64,000 bases of DNA. Source: an uncultured Actinomycetes bacterium. Lineage in GTDB: Bacteria > Actinomycetota > Thermoleophilia > Gaiellales > Gaiellaceae. The position numbers were made by a program, and so were the translations under genes. How positions within the stretch are numbered: position 1 is the first letter of the stretch; every line of letters begins with the position of its first letter. Of this stretch, positions 45,168 to 54,598 are shown one piece after another. The notes beneath the pieces are model-generated. The model saw only the letters and a program-made list of their open reading frames with translations, searched no databases and was not told where the DNA came from. Location: positions 141,050 to 205,049 of the forward strand of contig CAVZJU010000003.1 in the NCBI GenBank assembly GCA_963775695.1. Direction: 5' to 3'.

Positions 45168-46342
45168 TCCAGCCGGGCGAGCTCCGCGAGGAGCCGGTCG
45201 ACCTCGTCGGCCGTGTTGTAGTGGACGAAGCCGACCCGGACGGCGCCGCCGTCGTCCTCGAGACCGAGTCGCTTCATCACCTCGAGCGCGTAGTAATTGC
45301 CGTGCCACACGGCAAATCCGCGCTCGCCGAGCCTCGCCGCCGCCTCCTCGGCGGAGATGCCGTCGACCGAGAAGGCGAACGTCGGCACGCGACCGTCCAT
45401 CCCGGGCAGCCCGTGGAGCCTGATCGCAGGCGGAAGGCCGGCCAGGAACCGCTCGCCCAGCACACGCTCCCATGCGGCGATCTCCTTCCAGCCGAGCGAC
45501 TCGACGTATTCGACCGCCGCGACGAAGCCGGCGAGCAGCTCGTACGCCAGCGTGCCGGTCTCGAAGCGCTTGCCCACCGGCTCGACCGGCGCGGGACGCA
45601 CCTTGTACGGGCGCCACGACTCGAGCAGGTCGCGGCGGCCGAAGGCGATCCCCAGATGCGGCCCGAAGAACTTGTACGGCGAGCAGATGAGCACGTCGAC
45701 GCCGAACGCACCGACGTCGATCGGCCCGTGCGGCGCGTAGTGGACGGCGTCGGCCCAGGCGATCGCGCCGGCACCGTGGGCGAGCTCGGCGATGCGGCGG
45801 ACCTCGGTGAGCGTCCCCACCGCGTTGGACGCGACCGGGAAGGCGACCACGCGCGTCCGGTCGGTGAGCCGCCGCTCGAGGTCGTCGAGGTCGAGCGTCG
45901 TGTCGTCGTGGATGTCGACGAAGCGGACGGTCAGGTCGCGGTCGTGCGCGAGCTCGAGCCACGGCGAGACGTTCGCGTCGTGATCGAGCTTCGTGCACAG
46001 GATCTCGTCGCCCGGCCGAAACTCCCGGCCGGCCGTGCGCGAGAGCGCGAAGCTGAGCGTCGTCATGTTCGGGCCGAAGACGGTCTCCTCGGCCGCACAC
46101 CCCAGGAAGCGGGCCGCCGTGGCCCGGGCGCGCTCCTCCAGGGCCCCGGTGCGGCGGCTCGTCTCGTAGGGCCCGCTGACGTTCGCGTTCGACTCGCGCA
46201 GGTAGGTTGCGATCGCGTCGATCACGACGTCCGGCACCTGCGAGCCGCCGGGCGCGTCGAACAGGACGAGATCGCGCCGAAGGGCGCTGAAGCCTGCCCG
46301 CACCCGCTCGATGTCGATTCCGCTCGTACTCACGGCCGCCAA
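45164..46342 (-). CDS. class-V aminotransferase, cysteine desulfurase-like protein
   Basis: 392 aa. FDAPGGSQVP, VAFPVASNAVGT, DAVHYAPHGPIDV, CSPYKFFGPHLG (PLP-Lys context). Confidence 0.85.
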   Translation of the reverse strand: MAAVSTSGIDIERVRAGFSALRRDLVLFDAPGGSQVPDVVIDAIATYLRESNANVSGPYETSRRTGALEERARATAARFLGCAAEETVFGPNMTTLSFALSRTAGREFRPGDEILCTKLDHDANVSPWLELAHDRDLTVRFVDIHDDTTLDLDDLERRLTDRTRVVAFPVASNAVGTLTEVRRIAELAHGAGAIAWADAVHYAPHGPIDVGAFGVDVLICSPYKFFGPHLGIAFGRRDLLESWRPYKVRPAPVEPVGKRFETGTLAYELLAGFVAAVEYVESLGWKEIAAWERVLGERFLAGLPPAIRLHGLPGMDGRVPTFAFSVDGISAEEAAARLGERGFAVWHGNYYALEVMKRLGLEDDGGAVRVGFVHYNTADEVDRLLAELARLE

Positions 46343-46366
46343 CCCTACAACGACCGCGGCCGGGCC

Positions 46367-46567
46367 CTACTCGAGGACGAACGTGATCCTCAGCGTGACG
46401 CGGAAGGCGACGATCTCGCCGTTCTCGACCTCCACCTTCTGCTCCGCCACCCAGGCGCCCTTGATGTCTCGCAGCGTCTCGCCGCTCTTGGCGAGCCCCT
46501 CGCGGATCGCCGCCTCGAAGCTCTCGCTCGAGCTGGCCGTTACCTCGATCACCTTCGCGACCGACAT
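46367..46567 (-). CDS. dodecin-family flavin-binding protein
   Basis: ATG 46567 gives MSVAKVIEVTASSSESFEAAIREGLAKSGETLRDIKGAWVAEQKVEVENGEIVAFRVTLRITFVLE. Confidence 0.75.
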   Translation of the reverse strand: MSVAKVIEVTASSSESFEAAIREGLAKSGETLRDIKGAWVAEQKVEVENGEIVAFRVTLRITFVLE

Positions 46568-46622
46568 CTCGCTCCTTTCGTCGACGGCCACGGATCCTTA
46601 CACGCGAAACGCTCTTCTGCAG

Positions 46623-47660
46623 TCACGCTCCCGCCTTCCCCCAGGCTTCGAGCAGCTCGCGCTCCCGCTCGGCAGAGAGCCCCGCCTTGCCCGTCCACTC
46701 GGGCACGTCGCGGGCGGTCTCGGCGAGCGGGCGGAAGGTCAGGCCGGCCTCGACAGCCCGGTCGACGGGCGCGAGCTGGAAGGCGGCGAAATCGGCATCG
46801 TTCGGCGGGATCCAGCACGGGAGGTCGCTCCAGCCCTCGGCTCCCTGGTCGGCCAGGAACTCCTCGGTCACACGCACGACGTCGACGGCACCGCAGGCCT
46901 CGAGCATCGAGTCGAAGGTGATTGCACGGGGCGGGGAGGTCGCGTTGTACGGGCCCGAGCCGCCGTCCTCGGCGAGCTGGATCATCCAGTCGGCCAGGTC
47001 GCGGACGTCGATCATCTGCACGGGCTGATCGGGAGGGGCGAGGATCGGCCCGCCGCGCTCGGCCCGGCGCGGCCAGTAGGTGAAGCGGTCCGTGGGGTCG
47101 TTCGGGCCGACGATCAGCCCCGGGCGCACCAGGATCGCGCGGTCGCCGAAGGCGCGCTCCGCCTCCTGCTCGCAGAGCGCCTTCAGCGCGCCGTAGTTGG
47201 AGTAGTCCGCGAGCAGGCGGTCGTCCGGCTTGTCCCCGAGCTGCTCCGGCGGGTCGGTCTCGGCCCGCGGCTCCCGGTAGTCGGCGTAGTAGGAGATCGA
47301 GGAGACGAACACGTACCGGTCCGCCGCTTCGGCCAGCAGAGTGGCCGAGTCGTGCACATGCCGCGGGACGTAGCCGGAGGTGTCGAGCACGGCGTCCCAC
47401 GTGCGGCCTTCGAGCGGCGCCAGCCCGCCGTCGCGGTCTCCGTGCAGCTTCTCGAGCTGCGAAAAGAGCCCGGGGTTCGTCTGGCCGCGGTTGAACGTGG
47501 TCACCTCGTGCCCTCTGCTCAGCGCGGCCTCGATCAGCGCATAGCCGACGAACTTCGGGCCGCCGATCAGGAGCAGCTTGAGGCCTCCGGCCTCACGACG
47601 TCGCCTCACACCAAGGCTGACAGCTCCGCTGTCGCCTTTGTGCTCGGCTTCGTCTCTCAC
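46623..47660 (-). CDS. NAD-dependent epimerase/dehydratase (SDR) family protein
   Basis: Rossmann motif LLLIGGPKFVGYAL. GTG 47660 overlaps the OsmC stop (GTGA). Alternative start GTG 47609. Confidence 0.8.
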   Translation of the reverse strand: MRDEAEHKGDSGAVSLGVRRRREAGGLKLLLIGGPKFVGYALIEAALSRGHEVTTFNRGQTNPGLFSQLEKLHGDRDGGLAPLEGRTWDAVLDTSGYVPRHVHDSATLLAEAADRYVFVSSISYYADYREPRAETDPPEQLGDKPDDRLLADYSNYGALKALCEQEAERAFGDRAILVRPGLIVGPNDPTDRFTYWPRRAERGGPILAPPDQPVQMIDVRDLADWMIQLAEDGGSGPYNATSPPRAITFDSMLEACGAVDVVRVTEEFLADQGAEGWSDLPCWIPPNDADFAAFQLAPVDRAVEAGLTFRPLAETARDVPEWTGKAGLSAERERELLEAWGKAGA

Positions 47661-48049
47661 GCGACCTTCCAGACGTAGCGCGGCGGGGCGGTGAGCGATG
47701 CGCCGACGAAACAGTCTCGCTCCGCCTTCTCGAGCAGAAGGCCCTGGTCCGCCGGCGCGGGGTCGAAGCGCACGTCGAGGCGCGCCTCGACGTCGACGAA
47801 TGCGAAGCGGTCGTCCTCCTCACGGCGGGTCACTGTCCCCGACGCCCCGCCGCTCGCCGTCACGGCCACGCCCTCCCGCCGGGCGTGGTGGCGGAGGCTA
47901 GTCAGCGAGCAGTCGAGCAGGGCCGCGAGGACGAGGTGCTCGGGCGACCAGTTCTCGGGCACCTGGACGGTCGTGCCCTCCGCTGTGGCGACGGCGGTCC
48001 CGTCGTAGGCGACCTCGTACTCGAGCACCCTCGCTCTTGGCTCAGCCAT
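47657..48049 (-). CDS. OsmC/Ohr-family protein
   Basis: ATG 48049 gives MAEPRARVLEYEVAYDG...WSPEHLVLAALLDCSLTSL...AERDCFVGASL (two conserved Cys contexts). Confidence 0.8.
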   Translation of the reverse strand: MAEPRARVLEYEVAYDGTAVATAEGTTVQVPENWSPEHLVLAALLDCSLTSLRHHARREGVAVTASGGASGTVTRREEDDRFAFVDVEARLDVRFDPAPADQGLLLEKAERDCFVGASLTAPPRYVWKVA

Positions 48050-48328
48050 GCGGAAGAACCTAGCGGGTCCGTCCGGTCCGGAAGCTACGTTCGGACCGTG
48101 ACGAGGCTCCGGCCCCTGAGCGAGTCCGAGTGCTACACCCGCCTCTACGGTGACCGCGAATCGACGGTCGCGGTGATCAGGGAGTTCGATCCCGAACGCC
48201 CGAGCGGTGGGCTCCTCGGCGAGCAGCTGCTCCGGCTCTTCGAGAAGCATCAGCAGGAGAGCTCGGACGGCGGGCTGACCGAGGTCGAAGCCGCGTAAGG
48301 CACGGGGGAAGCGGCCGGGTCGCGTAGC

Positions 48329-48832
48329 GTGGGCAGCGCGGTTCCCGACGTACTCGCGGGCGACCTGGACTTGATCTTCTGCGGGATCAACCCGGGCCGC
48401 GTGTCCGCGGCGGCGGCGGCCCACTTCGCCAACCCCCGGAACGACTTCTGGCGGCTCCTCCACGACGCGGGGTTCACGCCGCGGCTGGTCGAGCCGCAGG
48501 AGCAGTTCGAGGTGCTGCGCTGGGGGATCGGCCTGACGAACGCCGCTCCGCGCACCACGCCGGGGTCGAGCGACCTGCGCGCGGCCGACTTCGAGGGCGC
48601 CGGCGCGCGGCTCGAGCGGCTGGCGACGGAGCTGCGTCCGCGGGCGATCGGGTTCGTCGGCAAGGAGGCGTACCGTGGCCCGTTCCGGGAGCGGCCGGAC
48701 CACGGACTGCAGAAGCGCAAGCTGGGGGAGACGATGCTGTTCGTGCTTCCGTCGACGTCTCCGGCGAACGCCGCCGTCCCCTACGCCGAGCGGCTGCGCT
48801 GGTTCGTCGCACTGCGGAAGCTGCTCGACTGA
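48329..48832 (+). CDS. mug: G/U mismatch-specific uracil-DNA glycosylase (family 2 UDG)
   Basis: DLIFCGINPG, NPRNDFWRLL, GIGLTN, LPSTSPAN. Confidence 0.85.
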   Translation: MGSAVPDVLAGDLDLIFCGINPGRVSAAAAAHFANPRNDFWRLLHDAGFTPRLVEPQEQFEVLRWGIGLTNAAPRTTPGSSDLRAADFEGAGARLERLATELRPRAIGFVGKEAYRGPFRERPDHGLQKRKLGETMLFVLPSTSPANAAVPYAERLRWFVALRKLLD

Positions 48833-48834
48833 GA

Positions 48835-50508
48835 CTACCGGCCGGCCGCGTAGCCTTGCATGCCGCGCGGGTTGGCTCCCGCCTTGAGCAGGCCGTCCTC
48901 GCGCGCGACGGCGCTGACCCGTCCGAGCGACCACGGATCGGTGACGGTGACGTCGTGGCCGCGCCGGCGGAGCTCGTCGGCAACGTCCTCGCCCCAGCGC
49001 GCCTCCAGCGCCAGCGAGCGCGGCGCGCTCTCGCGCGGGAAGAACGAGGACGGGAAGTGGTCGGTGTGGAACGACGGCGCGTCGATCGCGGCCTGAAGGT
49101 CGTCGCCGAAGACGACGTGGCGGAGGAACGCGTGCAGCGACCACTGGTCCTGCTGGTCGCCGCCGGGCGTCCCGATCGCGAGCGCCGCCCCGCCGTCGCG
49201 CAGCGCGATCGTCGGCGACAGCGTCGTCCGCGGCCTGCGCCCCGGCACGAGCGACGACGGCAGCCCTTCCTCGAGCCAGAACATCTGCGCTCTCGTTCCG
49301 AGCGGCCACCCGAGCGCCGGGATCACCGGCGACGACTGGAGCCAGCCGCCGCTCGGCGTTGCGGAGACGAGGTTGCCGAAGCGGTCGGCGACGTCGAGAT
49401 GAACGGTGTCGCCCCGGGTCGGCTCGCCGACGCCGATCGTCGCAGCCGCCGCGACCGGGCTGGGCAGCCGGCCGCCGTCGCCGGGCCGCAGCTCGTTCGA
49501 CGCCGCGTCGCCCACGAGCCGCCGCCGCTCGTCGGCGTACGCCTGCGACAGGAGCCGGTCGAGCGGGACGTCGGCGTCGCCGTAGAACGCGTCGCGGTCG
49601 GCGAAGGCGAGCTTCGCGCACTCGACCACCAGGTGGACGTACTCGGCATCCGACAGCTCCGGGAGGTCGAAGCCGTCGAGGAGCGCGAGCTGCTGGAGGA
49701 AGACCGGGCCCTGGCCCCACGGGCCTGTCTTGCACACCGTGAACCCGCGGAAGTCGAGCGTCGCGGGCGATTCGAGTGTCGGCTCCCAGACGGCGAGGTC
49801 GGACCCGGTCAGCAACCCGCCCTGCTCGGCGGAGAAGCCGTCGATCTTCTCGGCGACGAAGCCCTCGTAGAACAGGTCGCGCGCACGCTCGAGCTCCTGT
49901 TCGCGCGACCCCCCGCGTGACTCCTCGACGATCCGCCGGTACGTCGCCGCGAGCGCGTGGTTGCAGAAGAGCGTTCCGGGACGCGGGGCGGGGAGGTACA
50001 GCGTCGCCGATCCCTCCCAGGTGCGCAGCAGCTCCTCGGTGCGCTCGATCGTCTGCGTGATCCCGGGCACCACCGGATACCCCTCGTCGGCGTAGCCGAT
50101 CGCGAACGCGAGGACGTCCTCGAGCCGCCAGGTGCCGAACTCGCCGAGCAGCCGCAACCAGCCGCCGAAGGCCCCCGGCACGCAGGCGGCCAGGAGGCCG
50201 GTGCCGGGCACGAGCTCGTGCCCGAGCTGCCGGTAGCGCTCGATCGTCGCGGCGGCGGGCGCGACCCCCTGCGCGCAGAGCACGAGCGGCTCGCCGCGCT
50301 CGGCCGACCAGAAGACGACGGGCAGATCGCCGCCCGGGCCGTTGAGGTGCGGCTCGACCACCTGGAGCGTGAACCCGGTCGCCACCGCCGCGTCGAAGGC
50401 GTTGCCCCCGCGCTCGAGCACGGCCATCCCGGCGGCTGTGCCCAGCCAGTGGGTGGAGGCGACCATCCCGAACGTCCCATGCAGCTCCGGCCTGGTGGTG
50501 AAGGTCAT
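48835..50508 (-). CDS. ggt: gamma-glutamyltransferase family protein
   Basis: 557 aa. GMVASTHWLGTAAGMAVLERGGNAFDAAVA, LNGPGGD, PRTTLSPTIAL, GTPGGDQQ. Confidence 0.9.
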   Translation of the reverse strand: MTFTTRPELHGTFGMVASTHWLGTAAGMAVLERGGNAFDAAVATGFTLQVVEPHLNGPGGDLPVVFWSAERGEPLVLCAQGVAPAAATIERYRQLGHELVPGTGLLAACVPGAFGGWLRLLGEFGTWRLEDVLAFAIGYADEGYPVVPGITQTIERTEELLRTWEGSATLYLPAPRPGTLFCNHALAATYRRIVEESRGGSREQELERARDLFYEGFVAEKIDGFSAEQGGLLTGSDLAVWEPTLESPATLDFRGFTVCKTGPWGQGPVFLQQLALLDGFDLPELSDAEYVHLVVECAKLAFADRDAFYGDADVPLDRLLSQAYADERRRLVGDAASNELRPGDGGRLPSPVAAAATIGVGEPTRGDTVHLDVADRFGNLVSATPSGGWLQSSPVIPALGWPLGTRAQMFWLEEGLPSSLVPGRRPRTTLSPTIALRDGGAALAIGTPGGDQQDQWSLHAFLRHVVFGDDLQAAIDAPSFHTDHFPSSFFPRESAPRSLALEARWGEDVADELRRRGHDVTVTDPWSLGRVSAVAREDGLLKAGANPRGMQGYAAGR

Positions 50509-50714
50509 GCCGGCTCACTGGCGAGGTCGACCAGACCGGACTCGCCGACCGGGCCGACAACTTCGCCCGGGCCGATCGTCAGCGACACGCCGTCGACCGC
50601 CAGCACGATCCTGCCGCCGCCCATGGGCTGCGGGCCGACGTGGAAGTGCTCTACGAGGCCTTCGACCTCGAGAATCGGCGCTGGTGTCGTCATTCGCTCC
50701 CTGGATGGAAGCAC
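50505..50714 (-). pseudogene. N-terminal stub of a peptide-type ABC transporter ATPase
   Basis: PILEVEGLVEHFHVG...VLAVDGVSLTIGPGEVVGPVGESG, then the sequence diverges and stops where the Walker A GSGKST should follow. Overlaps the ggt start by 4 nt. Confidence 0.5.
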
Positions 50715-50781
50715 GCGACGAGGTGGGAGGGCCGCACCTCGCGTAGCTGCGGGACGTCCGAACGCGACCTGACCTAGACCT

Positions 50782-52506
50782 CTAGCCCCGCCAGCGGTTC
50801 GTGATCGGCGTGCGCCGGTCGCGACCGAACGCCTTCGGGCGCAGCTTCACGCCGGGCGGCGCCTGCCGGCGCTTGTACTCCGCCCGGTCGATCATCGCCA
50901 GCGCGCGGTCGACGACCCCCGGATCGAACCCGTCGGCGAGCAGTTCCTCGCGCGAGCGGTCGAGCTCGACATAGGCCTCGAGCACCCGGTCGAGCTCGGG
51001 ATAGGGCGGCAGCGAGTCCTGGTCGAGCTGACCCTCGCGCAGTTCGGCGCTCGGCGGACGCTCGATGATCGACCGGGGGATCAACTCGTGGCCGGCGCGC
51101 TCGTTCAGGTGCGCGGCCAGCCGGAAGACGTCCGTCTTGAAGACGTCCTTGAGCAGCGCGAACCCGCCGGCCATGTCCCCGTAGAGCGTCGCGTAGCCGA
51201 CCGAGAGCTCCGACTTGTTGCCGGTGGCGACGACGAGCCAGCCGAACTTGTTCGACAACGCCATCAGCAGAACGCCGCGGGCCCGGGCCTGGAGGTTCTC
51301 CTCGGTCAGGTCGCGTTCGAGGTCGCCGAAGCTCGGCGCGAGCGACTGCTCGAAGGCGGCGACGATCTCGTCGATCGGCAGCTCGCGGAAGTCGATGCCG
51401 AGGCTCTCCGCGAGCCGCCTCGCATCGCCGCGGGTGTCCTTCGACGAGAACCGGGACGGCATCGAGACGCCGTGCACCCGGTCGGGGCCGAGCGCCTCGA
51501 CGGCCAGCGCCGCGGTCAGCGCCGAGTCGATTCCGCCGGACAGGCCGACGACGACGTCGCGGAACCCGTTCTTCTCCACGTAGTCGCGCAGCCCGAGCCC
51601 GAGCGCGAGCCGCATCTGCTCGAGGTCGTCGCCGAGCGGCGCAACCGCTTCTCCAGCGACGGGCCCCGCCGGGGTCTGTCCCTGCCCATCGCCGAGCACG
51701 ATGGTCTCGACCCGGGGCGGCTCCTCGCGCTCCCGCGCCAGGGCCCGCCGCCTCGTCTCGCTCAGCCGCCGCCCCATCGCCGCGGTCGGGTCGACGTCGA
51801 CGACCAGCAGCGCCTCTTCGAAGCCCGGCGCCCGGGCGAGCACCTCGCCCTCGTCGTCGAGGACGACGGAGTGGCCGTCGAAGATCAGCTCGTCCTGCCC
51901 GCCGACCGCGTTGACGAACGCGACGAAGCTGGACGTGTCCCGCGCGCGCTGCTGGAACATCTCCTCGCGTTCGCGCTCCTTGCCCACGTGGAACGGCGAC
52001 GCCGAGACGTTCACCAGCAGCTGTGCGCCGGCGAGCGCGAGGTCAGTCGCCGGCGGTCCCGGCTGCCACATGTCCTCGCAGATCGTCACGCCGACCAGCG
52101 ACTCGCCCAGGCGGAGGACGACGAGGTCTCGGCCCGACGCGAAGTATCGCTCCTCGTCGAAGACGCCGTAGTTCGGCAGGAACCGCTTCCGGTAGGCGGC
52201 CCGGACGGCACCGTCCGCGCAGACCGCGCACGCGTTGTAGAGGTCGCCGTCGAAAGACGGAAAGCCGACGAGGGCCGCGATTCCGCTCGTCGCCGCCGCG
52301 ATCTCGTCGAGCGAGCGCCGGGCCGCGCGCACGAACGCCGGGCGCAGGAGCAGATCCTCGGGCGGATAGCCGGTGACCGCGAGCTCGGGAAAGAGGACGA
52401 GATCTGCACCCGCCTCGCGCGCCTGCTCGAGGCGCGACAGGATCAGCGACCGGTTCCCGTCCAGGTCGCCGACGACCGTGTTGATCTGCGCGAGCGCGAG
52501 TCTCAT
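50782..52506 (-). CDS. nadE: glutamine-dependent NAD+ synthetase
   Basis: N-terminal nitrilase/CN-hydrolase domain (LVLFPELAVTGYPPEDL, CEDMW) plus C-terminal synthetase (GLSGGIDSALTA, ATGNKSE). Confidence 0.95.
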   Translation of the reverse strand: MRLALAQINTVVGDLDGNRSLILSRLEQAREAGADLVLFPELAVTGYPPEDLLLRPAFVRAARRSLDEIAAATSGIAALVGFPSFDGDLYNACAVCADGAVRAAYRKRFLPNYGVFDEERYFASGRDLVVLRLGESLVGVTICEDMWQPGPPATDLALAGAQLLVNVSASPFHVGKEREREEMFQQRARDTSSFVAFVNAVGGQDELIFDGHSVVLDDEGEVLARAPGFEEALLVVDVDPTAAMGRRLSETRRRALAREREEPPRVETIVLGDGQGQTPAGPVAGEAVAPLGDDLEQMRLALGLGLRDYVEKNGFRDVVVGLSGGIDSALTAALAVEALGPDRVHGVSMPSRFSSKDTRGDARRLAESLGIDFRELPIDEIVAAFEQSLAPSFGDLERDLTEENLQARARGVLLMALSNKFGWLVVATGNKSELSVGYATLYGDMAGGFALLKDVFKTDVFRLAAHLNERAGHELIPRSIIERPPSAELREGQLDQDSLPPYPELDRVLEAYVELDRSREELLADGFDPGVVDRALAMIDRAEYKRRQAPPGVKLRPKAFGRDRRTPITNRWRG

Positions 52507-52523
52507 GGTTTTCGCCTATTAGT

Positions 52524-54398
52524 CTAAAACCCTGGACCGAGCGCCGTCGAGATCGCCTCGAGCGCCTCGGGGTTCTCGACCGACGAGAGATCGCCGGGAT
52601 CGTCCCCGAGCGCGGTCGCCCGCACCGCCCGCCGCACGATCTTGGCCGAGCGCGTCTTCGGCAGCGCGGGCACGAAGACGACGCGGTCGGGTGCGAACGC
52701 CTTGCCCAGGTCGGCGGAGATCAGGTCGGCCACCTCCTCGGCCGAGGCCGACCTGTTCGGTGCGAGCACGCAGAAGACCCACGCCACCTCGCCCTTGATC
52801 TCGTGCGGGACTCCGACGGCGGCCGCCTCGATCACGGCCGGATGCGCGACCGCGGCCGACTCGATCTCGGCCGGCCCGATCCGCTTGCCGGCGATGTTCA
52901 GCGTGTCGTCCGAGCGGCCGTGCAGGAACCAGTAGCCGTCCGCGTCGACGGAGGCCCAGTCTCCGTGGGTCCAGATCCCCGGAAAGCGGCGCCAGTACGT
53001 ATCGAGGTAGCGCTCCGGGTCGCCCCAGAACCCCCGTGTCATCCCCGGGAAGGGCTTGCGGCACACGAGTTCGCCCACCTCGCCCGTCCCGACGAGGGAC
53101 TTCCCGTCTGGATCGACCACGTCCATCGCCATGCCGAGAGCGGGGCCGCCGACGGAGCACGCCTCGATCGGCTCGGCGATGGACGAGCCCAGGAACACCG
53201 CGCCGACCTCGGTGCCGCCGGTGATGTTGACGATGGGGACGCGCGACCCTCCGATGCGCTCGAACAGCCAGTGGTACGGGCCGGGATTCCACGGCTCGCC
53301 CGTGGTCACGAACACGCGCAGCGACGACAGGTCCGCCTCCGGCTCGCCGTGCGGGATCAGCGCACGCACCAGCGTCGGCGAGCACCCGAGGATCGTCACG
53401 CGCTCCTCCTCCACCAGGCGCCACAGCCGGTCGGACGGCCAGTCGGGCGCCCCTTCCGCGAACACGAGGGTCGCGCCCATGGCGCCACAGCCGACCACGG
53501 TCCAGGGACCCATGATCCAGCCCATGTCGGTGGAGAAGTGGACGACGTCGTCGGGTCGCGCGTCCGCCAGGTAGCAGGCCTCGCGCGCGATCGAGATCAG
53601 GAAGCCACCCTGGACGTGGAGCACGCCCTTGGGTTTCCCGGTCGTCCCGGACGTGTACGTGAGGAGGTACGGATGCTCAGCTTCGACCGGGAGCGGCTCG
53701 AGCGTGCCGGGGCAGCCGGCGACCTCCTCGTCCCACGGCGCGACGATCACGTGCTCGAGCGCCGGCGAGTGCCGACGTGCCTCCTCGAGGATCTCGAGCA
53801 TCGGCACGGACCTGCCGCGCCGCAACGACGTCCGGGCGGTGATCGCCGCGCGCGCCCCGGAGTCGACCAGGCGCTGCGCGACCGCCGGCGCCGCGAAGCC
53901 CGAGAAGACCGGCACCTGGACCGCTCCGACGTGCGCGCAGGCGTGCGAGGCGATCGCCGCCTCGGGCGACATCGGCAGGTAGGTCGCGACGCGGTCCCCC
54001 GGCCGGACGCCGAGCTCGACCAGCCGCTCCGCGAGCCGCGTGATCGAGTCCGAGAGCTCGGCGAAGGTCAGCTCGCGCCGCGCCCCGTCCTCGCCGCGGA
54101 AGACGGCCGCTACCCGGTCACTCCGCCAGCGGTGGACGCAGTTCCAGGCGATGTTCAGCTTCGCGCCCTCGAACCAGGTCGCCCACTCGGGGCCGCGCGA
54201 CAGGTCGACGACCTCGGACCAGGGTTCGTACAGCTCGATCCCGGTGTCCTCCACTGCCGCCGGCCAGAACCATTCCGGATCCTCGATCGAGCGGGCGACG
54301 AGCTCGCGGTAGGAGGAGAAGCCGTGCCTGCGCATCAGCCGGACGACGTTCGCGCGCTCGAGCACGTCCTCGGAGGGCGTCCAGACCACCTCTGCCAC
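52524..54398 (-). CDS. AMP-forming acyl-CoA synthetase (acetyl-/acetoacetyl-CoA synthetase-like)
   Basis: 624 aa. EDPEWFWP, TYTSGTTGKPKGV, TGGTE, PKTRSAKIVRR. Confidence 0.9.
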   Translation of the reverse strand: MAEVVWTPSEDVLERANVVRLMRRHGFSSYRELVARSIEDPEWFWPAAVEDTGIELYEPWSEVVDLSRGPEWATWFEGAKLNIAWNCVHRWRSDRVAAVFRGEDGARRELTFAELSDSITRLAERLVELGVRPGDRVATYLPMSPEAAIASHACAHVGAVQVPVFSGFAAPAVAQRLVDSGARAAITARTSLRRGRSVPMLEILEEARRHSPALEHVIVAPWDEEVAGCPGTLEPLPVEAEHPYLLTYTSGTTGKPKGVLHVQGGFLISIAREACYLADARPDDVVHFSTDMGWIMGPWTVVGCGAMGATLVFAEGAPDWPSDRLWRLVEEERVTILGCSPTLVRALIPHGEPEADLSSLRVFVTTGEPWNPGPYHWLFERIGGSRVPIVNITGGTEVGAVFLGSSIAEPIEACSVGGPALGMAMDVVDPDGKSLVGTGEVGELVCRKPFPGMTRGFWGDPERYLDTYWRRFPGIWTHGDWASVDADGYWFLHGRSDDTLNIAGKRIGPAEIESAAVAHPAVIEAAAVGVPHEIKGEVAWVFCVLAPNRSASAEEVADLISADLGKAFAPDRVVFVPALPKTRSAKIVRRAVRATALGDDPGDLSSVENPEALEAISTALGPGF

Positions 54399-54581
54399 GG
54401 GCGCAACCCTAGACGGTCGCCCGGCAATTCAACATCGCTGCGGATGGGGGCCCGCACGGTGCGCATTGCGTCCGCCTCGCCCGGCGCCAAGGCTCACAGC
54501 CTTGCCACCGGTCGAGTCGGACACACTGCTTGGCGCAGACCCTCCCCGCAGCGACGCGAATCACCGGCCGACCGTCACTCT

Positions 54582-54597
54582 GTTAGTATCCACTAAC
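54582..54597. promoter_or_regulatory. candidate TetR operator (6-4-6 perfect inverted repeat) with embedded -10-like TAGTAT
   Basis: GTTAGT-ATCC-ACTAAC ends 2 nt before the GTG start (54599) of the MFS gene that is followed by a TetR gene. It is the only AT-rich palindrome in the 200-nt intergenic region. Confidence 0.5.
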
Positions 54598-54598
54598 C

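Noticed and set aside
47885-48298. 137-aa plus-strand ORF between OsmC and mug (possible 66-aa protein from GTG ~48099)
   Set aside because: The first half is antisense to the OsmC gene. The second half (VTRLRPLSESECYTRLYGDRESTVAVIRE...) has no recognisable family and no clear RBS. Left unannotated.
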